From Pavona decussata (Eukaryota): a stretch of DNA of 64,000 bases. The notes beneath the pieces are model-generated. The model did not search any database and was not told the origin of the DNA. It worked only from the letters and a program-made list of their open reading frames with translations. Every line of letters starts with the position of its first letter. Position 1 is the first letter of the stretch. Location of the stretch: positions 682,001-746,000 of the forward strand of contig CDRNST010000175.1 in the NCBI GenBank assembly GCA_977016875.1. The letters run 5' to 3'. Both the position numbers and the translations under genes were made by a program. This document shows positions 1 to 12,600 of this stretch, piece by piece.

Positions 1-203
1 ATTTCGGAATGGGAATACATACAACAATGACAAGAAATTCCTCATAAGAGGTTTTAGGAGTCACTGGAGTACGAAATTGCTCTTAAATTCAGTATCATGT
101 GTCAGTGAACGTTTGCACAAAAAGCTTTCCAAATTACTTCAAAAGAGAAATTTAACTATTCCGCTCATTCCTATTCCGTAATACGGTCAATTGAACGCAA
201 CCT
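1..203. mobile_element. Palindromic MITE remnant (left end outside window)
   Basis: Imperfect inverted repeat ttcggaatgggaat (3-16) / cattcctattccgtaat (166-182), ending ggtcaattgaacgcaacct. Confidence 0.45.
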
Positions 204-477
204 TAGGTTTAATAAAAGATAGTTCCAAACAGTAGGTGAACAGTAAACGAAAAACCGAGAAGCAAACACGGCAAAGTGTTCCTCCTAAAATTATCCCGTG
301 AGTGCGTACATCAGTGTACTTACAGTATACATAAATGCACGGCAATGATCTGTTAGATAGAGTGGTTCTCGTAATATCGTTTCTTTGCTGAGTTTCTTCT
401 CAGACCCTTAAGGGGGCAAATTTACACAATATTTTCAGTCGATCTTGCGTAACGTTATTTTCCATTTTGTGTTTCAG

Positions 478-626
478 GATCCCCGTTTTAACGCTAACGT
501 TGATAAGGCCACTGGTTATAAAACCCACAGTATTCTGTGCATGCCAATCAAAAGCCATGACGGAGAGGTGCAGTGAAATCTTTGATATTTTACATTGTTG
601 CAGTCTCCAAGAAACATTTATTTTTT

Positions 627-681
<55 letters not shown>

Positions 682-3600
682 TTTCCAGGTTATTGGAGTA
701 GCTCAGATCATTAACAAGAAATCAGGAGTACATCAATTCACAAAAAAAGACGAAGAGGTATATATAAATTTTTCGTGTGACTCTCAGTCTGATTAACTGT
801 GCAATGGTATTCTAATTTGTGATAGCCTGCCCTGGGAGCGCGCACAAGGTAAATTGTAGAGTTTCTCAAACTGTCCTTTTTCGCTCGTCGGTCACTCGCT
901 CGATGCATAAGAAGACGACTTGATGCAAGTCTAGGAAAATTGCTAAACTCGCCAACTAGCTGCTAACTACCTGTAACTCCTTCTTCCTAATTTGGTTGTG
1001 AAATAGATCTGTCAGTAGCTCAGTTTCAGTTGTTGAAAAAAATTAAACGATTCGCATCTGATATCCTCGACTGAATGGCAACAGCTACCTAACGATAAAA
1101 ATAGAAGGATTTCTATGAAAATTCATCGCCAATAAGATCGAAGTAAAAAGTTACGTTCACATACCACATGAATTATTGTCTATCTCTTGCTTTTTCGTTG
1201 CATGTAACTAGCGAGGTTTAGTTTTCGTTCTTGTTTTACTCTAAAATGCGGTCAAATGGTAGTTTACATGTAAATCAGCGCACACAAAAAATAAAAGATG
1301 CACCTTTAGATGCACAGCGATTTATGTGGTATGTGAACGTGTGTATTCGTTTGGGAAAATCCAAATCCAGATTATGTGATCCGTTTTAGGATTTCATGTT
1401 TTCTTGGGATTCCGAGTAAAAGGAGGATTTTTTATTTAACCCAAATCTGGATTTCTGATCTTGAGATGTGTAGTTTAGTAAAGTAGTTCTAGTAAACAGC
1501 GATGTGATTCGAAATTCTAGGCGCCCCCATTCATGTTCAGCGTCTGTTTTTCCTTTCGTTCCTGCGCGTTTTGTTGAGTGCATACAAAGTATGAAAAAAC
1601 AGTCCATTGAACAATTATTGCTCGTTTTATTTTGATCGGGAATGAGTACGGGTCTAAACATAATGTATACAATAATCTTTAAACTTCTTTCTACACGAAA
1701 CGACGAAGACTTTTGGTATTTCCATGCAGAAATGGTATAGTTTAAAGCCTGTAAAACCAAACCCCAACAAATACAACAACAACAACAACAATTTTTTATA
1801 AGAGAAGACACTTTTTACAATATTAGTTACCCACAATTAGCAAGGGCTATTCGAGGTGGGTACGCATGCTAAGCACAATTCCCCGTGAGGCAGGAATCAA
1901 AAACATTTTCCTTGCATTTACTATTCGGGGGAAACATGAAATCCACCAAATCACAATCCCTCGGCCGGATTTTGCGGCAGATGAGCATTCGAGCCGTCGT
2001 TCTTTCACCCGACTGGTCAGCGTAATTTCAATATGGCGGCTTCGTGTCGGTCACTCGGTCGACTTCTGAGTCCCACTTGTCTTTGTCCTACATTAACCAA
2101 GACCTTATGGACTTTGCCGGGCACTAATGCTGCTGCACATCTTATAACATGATTCTGAACATATTGCTCTAGAATTTTACTTCTAATCATGCTTAAACCC
2201 GAAATAATTTAACACCTATGACAGAGAATGCTTAAGCTTAAATCATTCAAGTTATTAGAGACTTCAATTAGAAGTTGGCTGAGTCATGCACCGATTAATT
2301 TTAGGGTGTTTCTTGAATTGCAGGTGTTTAAGAATTATCTGACGTTCTGTGGAATTGGAATTACAAATGCTCAACTCTTTGAAATCTCTGTACAAGAATA
2401 CAAACGAAACCAGGTGAGCTTATGTTGTGCACCCCCGGGCTGACCTCCGGGCATTAGGATTTTTTGCAAACTTACCGGCAAATGCTCCACGGCGGGGGCC
2501 AACGAGCTGAATTTATCGTCTTTTCCGATGAACTTATCATTGAAAGGAAGCAACATTAACAGCGCTGACAGTGAAAGTCACGAGGCAAATGCCCCAAGGG
2601 AATAGACTAATGTCCATCTCCCGGGACAGATGTGAAATATTCCCCACTGATTGATGTGCAGAAACTGCTGAAATTGACTGATGTATTGATTAGCAGTTCT
2701 AAAATAATAATAATAATAAAAAAACATTAAGCTTAACAGCAAAGGTGAAATGATCTTTATATTTTGTGAAATTAATTTTGAAAAGCCATATGTATTATAA
2801 TGCATCAGTCAATTCCAGCTGTGCCCACCCACCCCCTCTCCCTGGGCAATAGTGAGGCATTTTTTCACACTGTCCATCCTGGGGGTCGGGCATTAACCTT
2901 CCACCCAATTACCCCAGGGCATTTGACCATCTCACTTTTTTCACCTTACAGCATTGTCGCTTATTTTAATGACCAGTTCATTGGCAATTCAATAAGTTTT
3001 TTATTGAATACATCTAGATAGGACTACAATACAATACTATGAGAAATAAGGCCTACATGTAGCTAGGAATAAATTTGGCCTGAATAAGCCATTTCCGAGT
3101 TGCCGTAAACCTCATTATGAAAGCGAGGCTAAGTGCAAAGCGTTTCTTATGAAAATTAGTTTTGTTTGCATATGAATTAAAACTAATATTCATAATAAAG
3201 AATTTGCACTTAGCCTCGCTTTCATAATGAAGTTTACGGCAACTCAGAAATCAGGCCTATTAGATCAGATTTTATTGAAAGTAAGACGAGAAACTAAGAA
3301 AACCCACCTTTATGACCCACCACCCTGAGGCATTTCAACAACTAGTTTGTCCCAGCCATTGGGCATTTCCTAGTTAGTTTTCAAAAATTCCTAATTCCTG
3401 GGGTCAGCCTAGGAGGGGGGGGATGGGCATTGTCGGAATTGACTGATGCATGCAAAGAATCAAGAGAGGTCTGTCAGCAAACTTTTTTATATAAAATCAA
3501 ATGTTTTCGGCTTGTGTCATTTCTAGTTTGCATTATTGATTCCATGTTTTCACTTTCAATATGTTTCACGTTCAACTTTCATTAGAAATTCCAGTTCATT

Positions 3601-6600
3601 CAGCTAATAATAATTTATTAATATTGCTATGTGTTTTGTAGGTTATGCGCACACACAGCTAATAATCCTTCAAACTCCTTAAACTTTCATTAGGTAAAAA
3701 TATATTTTATTAAAAAACACCAAATCGTATAAATACAGATGGATTTATCCATACATGTAAGATACACAATAGTACTCAGTTTATAATTATTCCAAGTATT
3801 GTTTCAAGTGACAGTCACTGAGGTATTTGTTGAATACAGATTCTCCTTCAACTTGCACGAGGCATATTTGAAGAGCAGAGTAACCTGGACACATGTGTTC
3901 ATAACATCATGGCAGAGTCCCAAGAATTGCTTGATGTTGAACGTTGCATGGTGTTCCTCATTGATGAGTCATGCAAGAGTGTAAGTCTGTCAACCTTGTT
4001 AATGTTATAATTTATTTTAAAAAAAGTTCCACAAAATCAGTTCATACACCTATAGCTGAAGCTGCTATTTTCCTATGTCAAACAGTGTATGGCTTACAAT
4101 GTAGTTCCATATTTAATTTTTGTTATAAATATTATTTAAAATCTTCAATTTAACAGAAATTGTCTGGTAATAACGTCTCCTTGAAACTCTAACAAATGTA
4201 CACAAATGATTAGAGCAACACTTGAAGACTTTTATTGGTTGGGTTAATTTCACAAAAAGAGAAAGCAAAGTCATTCTTGCTTCATGCTAGGTACTCCAAT
4301 ATGTAGGAAAAAACTGGGGGCAATTCAGAGCAATTCTGATTTGGAGGCTCCACATTCGTCACTTGCATGGTTTTTGCACAAGCCCTTTCAATTGCATGCA
4401 TCATGTCATGGAAAAATTATAAACCCCTTCTACATGCACATATCAGTACTAAGTACTCCTTGTATTTCATGAACTGAACTTTCTGCAACTTCACTGTTGA
4501 CTAAGAAAACAGTTCTTGTGATCAAGTGTTTATTGCACAAAATAACTATAGTGCTTTTAATCAGTGCATGCTACTGAAGATTTTCTTCCAGCAGAATACT
4601 GTAATCTTGAACAGAAAATTCTTTGGTTTGATCATTATAATGGCATTGAAAATAGAATGTACAGTATATTGAAGTTAAAGAGGAATTGTTAACATACAGT
4701 ACACGGGGAAAATGTGAACATGAAGTCAATAAATAAGTCCTTCACCGGTTTAAATCTCACCTGATTCTGCATATATGTTTTTTTGTGTGTACAGCAGGAG
4801 GTGATATTTTCCAAGGCATTTGATCTGCATTCCAGTGCTGTTGAGGAGGATGGGCCAAAGTAGGTGTTCATAATCAACAATATTGTTTTTGTAGCTTGTC
4901 TCCATCTTACTTAAAACATTCTCTAACTAAAGGCAAAACCTTCAGACTAAAACATCTTAAGGGAGAAATAAGATAGTTGTTGAAAATATTTTCAGGTCTT
5001 GGCATGCTTAGATACACATAGTTTATGTTACAAAGTACTAGACGTTAAGAAGTTTAATACAAAATGTATGGCTTTTAAAATAATTTGCAAGTCACACTGT
5101 TAACCATGTAATTTCTCCTTTAACCATCTGGCAACTTTGCATCTCTTTTATTGAAAATAATGCTTGTTTCTCTTTTTGTCTCTCTTAGTGTACATAAATT
5201 TTTCAGTTCATCAAATTGTTAATAAATGCCTGTTTATGTTTATGCATTTTGTACTTTTGTTGTTGTCTTGTTAATAGGACAAGTAAAACCCACTGGTCAA
5301 TGAACACTGGTATTGCTGCATTAGTGGCATCTTCTGGCAAGGTAATATGAATATTGAATGTGACAGCCTGCAACAACTTCGACCACATGTTAAGTTATTT
5401 TTTCATGGTAAACTCCTAGCTTGGCTGTAAAATTGTCTCATTTTGTAAATAGTAAACATTTATTCATTAATCCAAGAGGTTTAATTAACAATTATTCCAC
5501 AACACATGTTGGATTATAATAACAGATGATAAATTAAGTCAACAAAGTATGTACTGTAGTGCCAAGATGACTATAATCATCCCTGCACATCCAACAAGTG
5601 TGAGTGGAGTAATTAAACGGCTTGGTGTATAACTGACCAGTACTGCTTTTTAGATTGCTCTTTGTTGTTTCGCTCAGATTCACTGGATTTTTTTAGCCGA
5701 GAGGTTTAATTAGCAATTATTCCACAGCATGCACTGGATTATAATAATAATTATTATAAGATGATAAATTAAGCCAACAAACTGTGTAGTACCAAGATGG
5801 CTGGGTCCACAGTAATTGGCTTGCGCTGTTGCAGGTTCCCTACCATATTGTGTTGTTATTGTATATTTTTGTAAGTTGTTGATTATTATTGTAATGTACA
5901 TGTTTTATCTGTTGGCGGAGCTAACAAAATAAAATAATCATCCCATATCCAACAAGAAAGCTTGTAAGTGGCTCGGTGCATAACTGACCTTTAACTTTGC
6001 GTTTCAAATCGCCTTTTGTTGGTTTAACTCAGATTCACTGGAGGTTTGCATGTGGCCTTCAACTCCTTCAGGAAACATTGCTCTAATGTTTTATCTGTTG
6101 CTTTTAATGCTTCCTTTACAATAAAAACCTATGATTGCAGGTAAAATCTCTGTTTTTGTCACAAAACTAAGCACAAAGCTTAGCAGATAAAACATTTGGG
6201 TAAGTAATGTTTCCTGAAGGAATTGAAGGCTGCTTACAAAATGTCCAGAACATCTGAGCTAAAACAACAAAAAGAGATCCTAAAGCTTACATGACATGCA
6301 TGTAGGTTGGTTATGCAATGAGCCCTTCAATCACTTTATTAAAAACATGCAACCAAGAAATATCTTTAAGTTACTGATTTCATTTTGCAAGAAAGACCAG
6401 AAGACAATTTTTTGTCCACTTTATACAGTGTGTAGCTTGCTTTTAGTAGTATTTGTCAGGCATGAATCCCTCAATACATTTATTACTGAGTATGTTATCT
6501 TATTTATTTGCTTGTTTATTTGGTATTTCATTAGGCTGTCAACATCCCTGATGCTTATGCTGATAGTCGCTTTAACCCAGAGGTAAGGTCTGGATGATTT

Positions 6601-9600
6601 CCTTTCTAGTGCTCGAGTAGTACTGAGTTAAATGTAAAACATGGTGATAGGAGTTTCTAGGACAGTGTAATGTGGTAGCTCTTCAATATTCAATCTCTCG
6701 TTAATTTTTCTTCATTTTCTTTCTTAAGGCGGATGTGGAAAGTGATTTCAAAACCAAATCCATTCTTTGCATGCCAATTTTTGACACAAATCTAAAGATT
6801 GTAGGTAAGTGTTCAATAATAATTATTGTTATAATGTTGTTATATAATTGAACTTTAAGCAAGACATCATTATGGAAATACAATGTATACCACTCATAAA
6901 ATTCATACAAAACTAGTACATCCGGGACCCAAGTGGTGTAAAAGAAAATTAGACAGTGGCTCAAAGATATGAATTTTATTTTCTCATGTTAAAACAATAT
7001 TTTACTCACTCGCTGCACTCGTTTGTAAAATATTGTTTTTACCACTCAAAAATAAAATTCAAATCTTTGTGCCACCATCTTAATATCCTCTACATGTATG
7101 TACATGTATTTTTCATTGAAAGTCTAAATTTGTGAACATTTAGTGTCCAAAAAAAATGTATTGCCTTCAAAATCACAAAATACCTGTAGCATCATAAAGT
7201 GTGGCATCATAAAAAAAAATTTATATTATTTTGTGACATTACTAGAATTGATGAGTTTGAAAAATTCATCCACTTGCCGCAATTAGCTCTTTGTCATAAT
7301 TTGCAGCTGAGATATGGGCACTTTCAAATCATAATTTCTCCTGACCAGTAACAAGTCTTTTTATTTTTGCAGTGGCTTCTTCGGTTTAGAATGGGGGCAC
7401 AGTTTGAGAGATTTGTATAGAGAAAGGAGGAATTTAAAGAGCTCATATATCAGTTGTGAATTGCAACAATTACCTAATGTTTGCCAAGTAGACACTTTCC
7501 TCAACGCTCTTTTAAAATATCTCATCATATCCAGAAATACAAATTCAATTTTTTAGATTTGTGATGTCATCACATTAGCACGGATCAGAAAATTTCCTGA
7601 AATAACGTCATTACTAGAACTTTTCCACCACTGCATTTTTTTTTTCAGGAACAATGTTGGCAGCCATCTTTCAATTAAACTAACTTTAAGTGTAGTTTGT
7701 TGTATCTGTTTTATTTAGGTGTTGCACAGTTACTCAATAAGAACAATGGTAAACCTTTCACTGAGAGTGATGAAAATCTCTTTGAGGTAAGGTGATGCAG
7801 TTGTCATTCTCTCAGTTGAGATGTTTCAATGCAGTGTTTGAGGGACCATACCTCACTTTTTCAACTGGCTATTGGGTACATGTTCTCCAATGCCAATCGA
7901 TGTGAAATTAACACAGTTACTGGTTTTGGATTTAAGTTTGTCAGGATTGATATAATTTTTGGAAAAATCAACATTACCATGACAACAATAAACAAAAAGT
8001 CTCAAAATCAGTAAAAGGTAAATTTTGCGCAATCCAGATTTAAATTAGAGAAGCCACCACCAATGTTTGGTGAAGATTTTAACAAAATCTATTGAGCCAG
8101 TCTTGAGATTTTTGCAAAAAGGTGCAAATTGGAAAATTGCATAAAAATTCATAGGCAAGCACTGTCAGACATTAAAGTTGTTCCCTAGCTAGCAACAGGG
8201 GAAATCAACAACTGAAGACTTTTTTGTCATCACACAATAAGGTCAGGGCATGTTTTGGCAATATTTTCAAGTCATCTTTATTTTTTTCTTTCTATTTACG
8301 TTTACCATACAAATGGTATGGTTTAAAATGCTTCTGCAATTTATTTAAATAAAAAAATATTTAAAATCAACAAACATCATATTTTTTTATTATTTTTTGT
8401 ATTTTGCCTGCTATGTCCTATAGTTCAAGATTTTGGTTTTAGTTTTTCAAATTAAAATCTGGAATGCTCAAAATTCATGACTTACTGAGTTGGAGATTTT
8501 TTGTGAACTTCATCATGGTGATATTGATTTTACTAAAATATCAATCCTGACAAACAATCCAAAACAAATCTCACATTGATGAGTATCAGAAAGGACTACC
8601 AAATAGCTGGCTGAAAAAGTGAGGTAATTGGGTACTCAAAAACTGGATCAACATTTGAGAGCTAGTATTTTATAGAGAAATGCGCTAAGACGTTTTCTAA
8701 ATCACTGGTATTTATTTACAGACTGTGGTAATTATTAAAAGATATAGCCTGCTATGTGAAAGAGTTTTTGTCAATATTAATGTCGGCTAGGTTGGTTGTT
8801 TTTGGATGGTTTGGGGGAGCTTTATTTTTTTGGAGGTTTTTTGGAGTTGTTTGTAAGTGTTTGTTTGTAAGTGTTGTGTATGTCTTGCTTCTTGTTAGTA
8901 AGTTTTGCTTCAATATTTGCATCAGGAGTTATTTTGCATGAACTATGTGGTGTCTTAGTAAATCTACAGCTATCATGTGATGATTCTATGGCTAGCCAAA
9001 ATTCATATTGGCATGCTTGTCTTTTCATAGGCATTTGCCATCTTTTGTGGTCTTGGAATTCACAATGCATTGATGTATGAACAAGCATGCAAGTTGCTGG
9101 CCAAACAGTCAGTCGCCATGGAGGTAAGTAATATGAATTCCAGTTATACACAAATTAATCCTTTCTAGTTGTTGTTGCACTATCCTTACAAAACATGTTT
9201 CCATGTTGCCAATTTCCAACTTACTATCAGTAAACCACATTTGTACATTAGCAAAATCATACTGGATACTATGGTCAACTTAACCCAAGGAAAATGGAAA
9301 TCATTGTCACTGAGAAAAGTGTGTTATCTTTTATTTGCCATTAGCTCTGAACATAAGTGCATGGCATTGTAAGGTTCAAGCAATTTAGTTTTTTAGGGGG
9401 CCTGTGACCCATTTACGCACCATCATGGCTCATGTTTGTATTTTTCATATTATTTCTTAGCTTAGTGATTTTTTTTTTTCGTCCATTTAATTGTAATAAG
9501 TAAACAAATAAATATTGTTGATGTATGATAACTTTTATAAAAAGTTTATAAAAGACTTCAAAAAATGCAAATAAAGCTTTTTCTAATCTTACTGCTATTC

Positions 9601-12600
9601 AACATTATTTTTTAACATTTCCTTTTTTAGGTTTTATCTTATCATGCCTCAGCCCAACAGGCAGAGGTGGACAAGATAATGGTAAGTATACTCTTGACAT
9701 AAAATGTTCCATAGTTGATCACCAATGCATGTTTCTTTTAAAAATTCAAATTTAAAATAAAATGCTATTTGGGCATTTTTCTGGCGACTGGGTTACAGCA
9801 TTTTACTACATAATTTATAATCCAGTGTTCCACGCACTTAACCCTTTAAGCCCTGATAGTGCCACATGGCACAAGATGCAATTACATGCTCAATATTCAG
9901 TTAATTTGCGGGAAATTTGCACTACTAAAAGATCTTGGAAAGATCTGCACATGGAAGGCATAATATCATGCCCCCCCTCCTATACAAGACTTGATTTACC
10001 ACCCCTGCAACTTTTGGAACTTTTAATCTTTGTATTTGTTAGGCCAAGTAAATATCTGACAACAACCAATGCACTGAGGGCTGCAAATTAAGCTATAGTT
10101 TAGGGACATACCCAATCTGTACAAGGAACAGGAAAATTTTAAACGTTTTTATTTTTTTCATTTTGGGCACTTGTCAATTCAATCTGTGACCTCCCCCATT
10201 TCTTTTGGTGTGATTTATAGCATACCCCAAAAAATACCTTTCAAATGGTATATCACGTGACTTTTGTGGTCTCCTGGTTCATAGTTACTGATTTAGAAAA
10301 ATTTGGCATTTCCCTTGGGGCTTAAAGGGTTAAGATAGGAGTCTTGGGTCAAAAATCTAAGAAAACTGGCTTCCTGAACTGACAGATTGAACATAAGAAC
10401 ATTTGCAGAGGCCCATGCCTTTTGAGCCCCCTTGAAATTCTTCATTGACTCCAGTTCTGACTTTGAAAGTTACCTGCAACACTGTTTTCCTGTACAGACA
10501 AAGTACTACCACAATGGAAAGTTACAGCGCCATAGAATAGATGGTTTTAAATTATTATGGTTTAGAAATTTCTTGACAAACGGAATGCAGCGTGTTTTCT
10601 TAGAGGGCACTTGTTTGGATTGGTCACCTGTGATATAGGGTGTGCCCCAAGGAACGATACTACATGTAGGTCCAGTCATGATTGTTATTTATATTAATGA
10701 TATCTCAACAAATATAACATATATCATTAAGATTTATGCTGATGATATATGTAGTACCAAAATCTATCGCAAAATCAATGTCCCTGAGCCTGAGGTGGAT
10801 ATCTTAGCTTTGCAGAGTGACTTGGATAGATTGGGCGAATGGGCGAATCAGTGTAGTAATATCGCTGACTTCATAAATCAAAATAGAAAGGACCTTATAC
10901 ATGTAAGTCAAAGTTACAATCTTGATTACTTATTGTTTTTAGCGTCATGAGATTCGAAGTGCAGATCATTTCAAGCTGTGCACATTTGAGTTCAATGATT
11001 TTGATCTGACTGATGATGAGACCATTGAGGCATCAATAAGAATAATGCTTGAGCTTGATTTTTTGAGTGCTGTCCACACCAGTCAAGAGGTTAGTGATGT
11101 CAAACTGAAAGCATATTATTTCCTCACAGTTGGTGAAGTGAGTAAGAATGTAAGAATAGTGTAATCAAATGAATGACGAAACCTCTTTACTATCTGCTTC
11201 ATGACTAGCAGACTTCAAAGGAAAGAGAGAAATTTTGCATAGTCTACCAGAATATTATTGTGTCAGGCATTATTGTTCCTCCATTCTCAAAAAGCAAGGA
11301 GCCATTACTGTATGATGGATGAGGAGAAACAGTTTGCAGTTGTTGGTAAACCCAGTATAATGCCCCCCACCCCCCCCCCCCCCCCTCCACTGGAAAAAGA
11401 TGAGAACCATTTATCTTCTACAGAGCTTTGATGAAACTGAACCCTTATAGTTTTATTTCAGAAAACCTTCGCCTGTGATAACGGTTGTGTCTGATAGCAT
11501 TTGGCAATAAATCTTTTGCACCAGTGAGCCCAAAGATGACCCATATGCAATGATCATGTAATAGATTGTCATCAGTACATGTATCTGTACATGTATTATT
11601 GCATCGTACGTGAAGACAATGCTGGAGGTTTTAGTAATTTGATATAAATGTGTTGAAAACATATTAGACTGGCAAGAAGGTTCTCACTGCAAAGCCTCGG
11701 TAAACATTCTAACATTGCTGTACAACATTTTGTCTGCATGTTAGATGATGACGGACATTTTTCGAATGAATGTTTTGCTTTCGTTTAGCCGTGCTTCAAA
11801 CTGATTGCTATACCGCAAATGTGGGATGACTGTAGAAGGTTTTGCTTGGCCTTTATAGATTCTCTTTCATTCCTCATTCTCCATCTTTCGTTTCCTGCTG
11901 ATCAATTATCATTCACTGCATTCCGTTCTCGATATTTCGTGAAGGGTCTTTGTGTCCACGATTTAAGGAGCATTACATTCCAGACAATTATGTGCTGACA
12001 ACGTATTTAAAACGTAAACTTATAATCGCTTCATATTCTTCACTTATCACAGACATTGTGTCGTTGGTTACTGAGTGTAAAAAAGAATTACAGACCTGTT
12101 ATATATCATAACTGGCGACATGCCTTCAATGTGGCTCAGAGTATGTTTACAATGCTTACGGTAAGGCAATAAACAAGTAGCTTGTTCTTATAAGAGAAGT
12201 TTACTTTTCTTTTTCACTTTGGAAAAGTCTGGATATACAAGGCGTCTTGTCATATTTTTATTCGTGATAATTATTATAATATTTAGAAATAGTTTTATTT
12301 GCAGTTAAGACCATTTTCAGTAACCCCACAGACAGGGTTGACCTCTACAGTAGGATCCAGTGATTCAAATCTGGCATTAGCCTTAAATTCACAAATCAAC
12401 TCCAATCATTTTTTTTTTCTTTTTCAATTGACCAATCTCCCTTTGTGGGTACATCAAAGGAACAATGAAAAAAGGCTTTTAAACAAAAGGCATTAGTTTG
12501 CAGGCAGTAACACTACATCAACAAGTATTGATGGAAACAAATTGAGCTGCTTTTCATGTTCTGTCCTTGTATGACAAAAGTCACTGAAAGCTTATAATGG

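Noticed and set aside
467-796. 109-aa ORF with FIYL repeats
   Set aside because: Artefact of reading through an intron containing an (ATTT)n microsatellite. Only 689-757 is coding in this frame.
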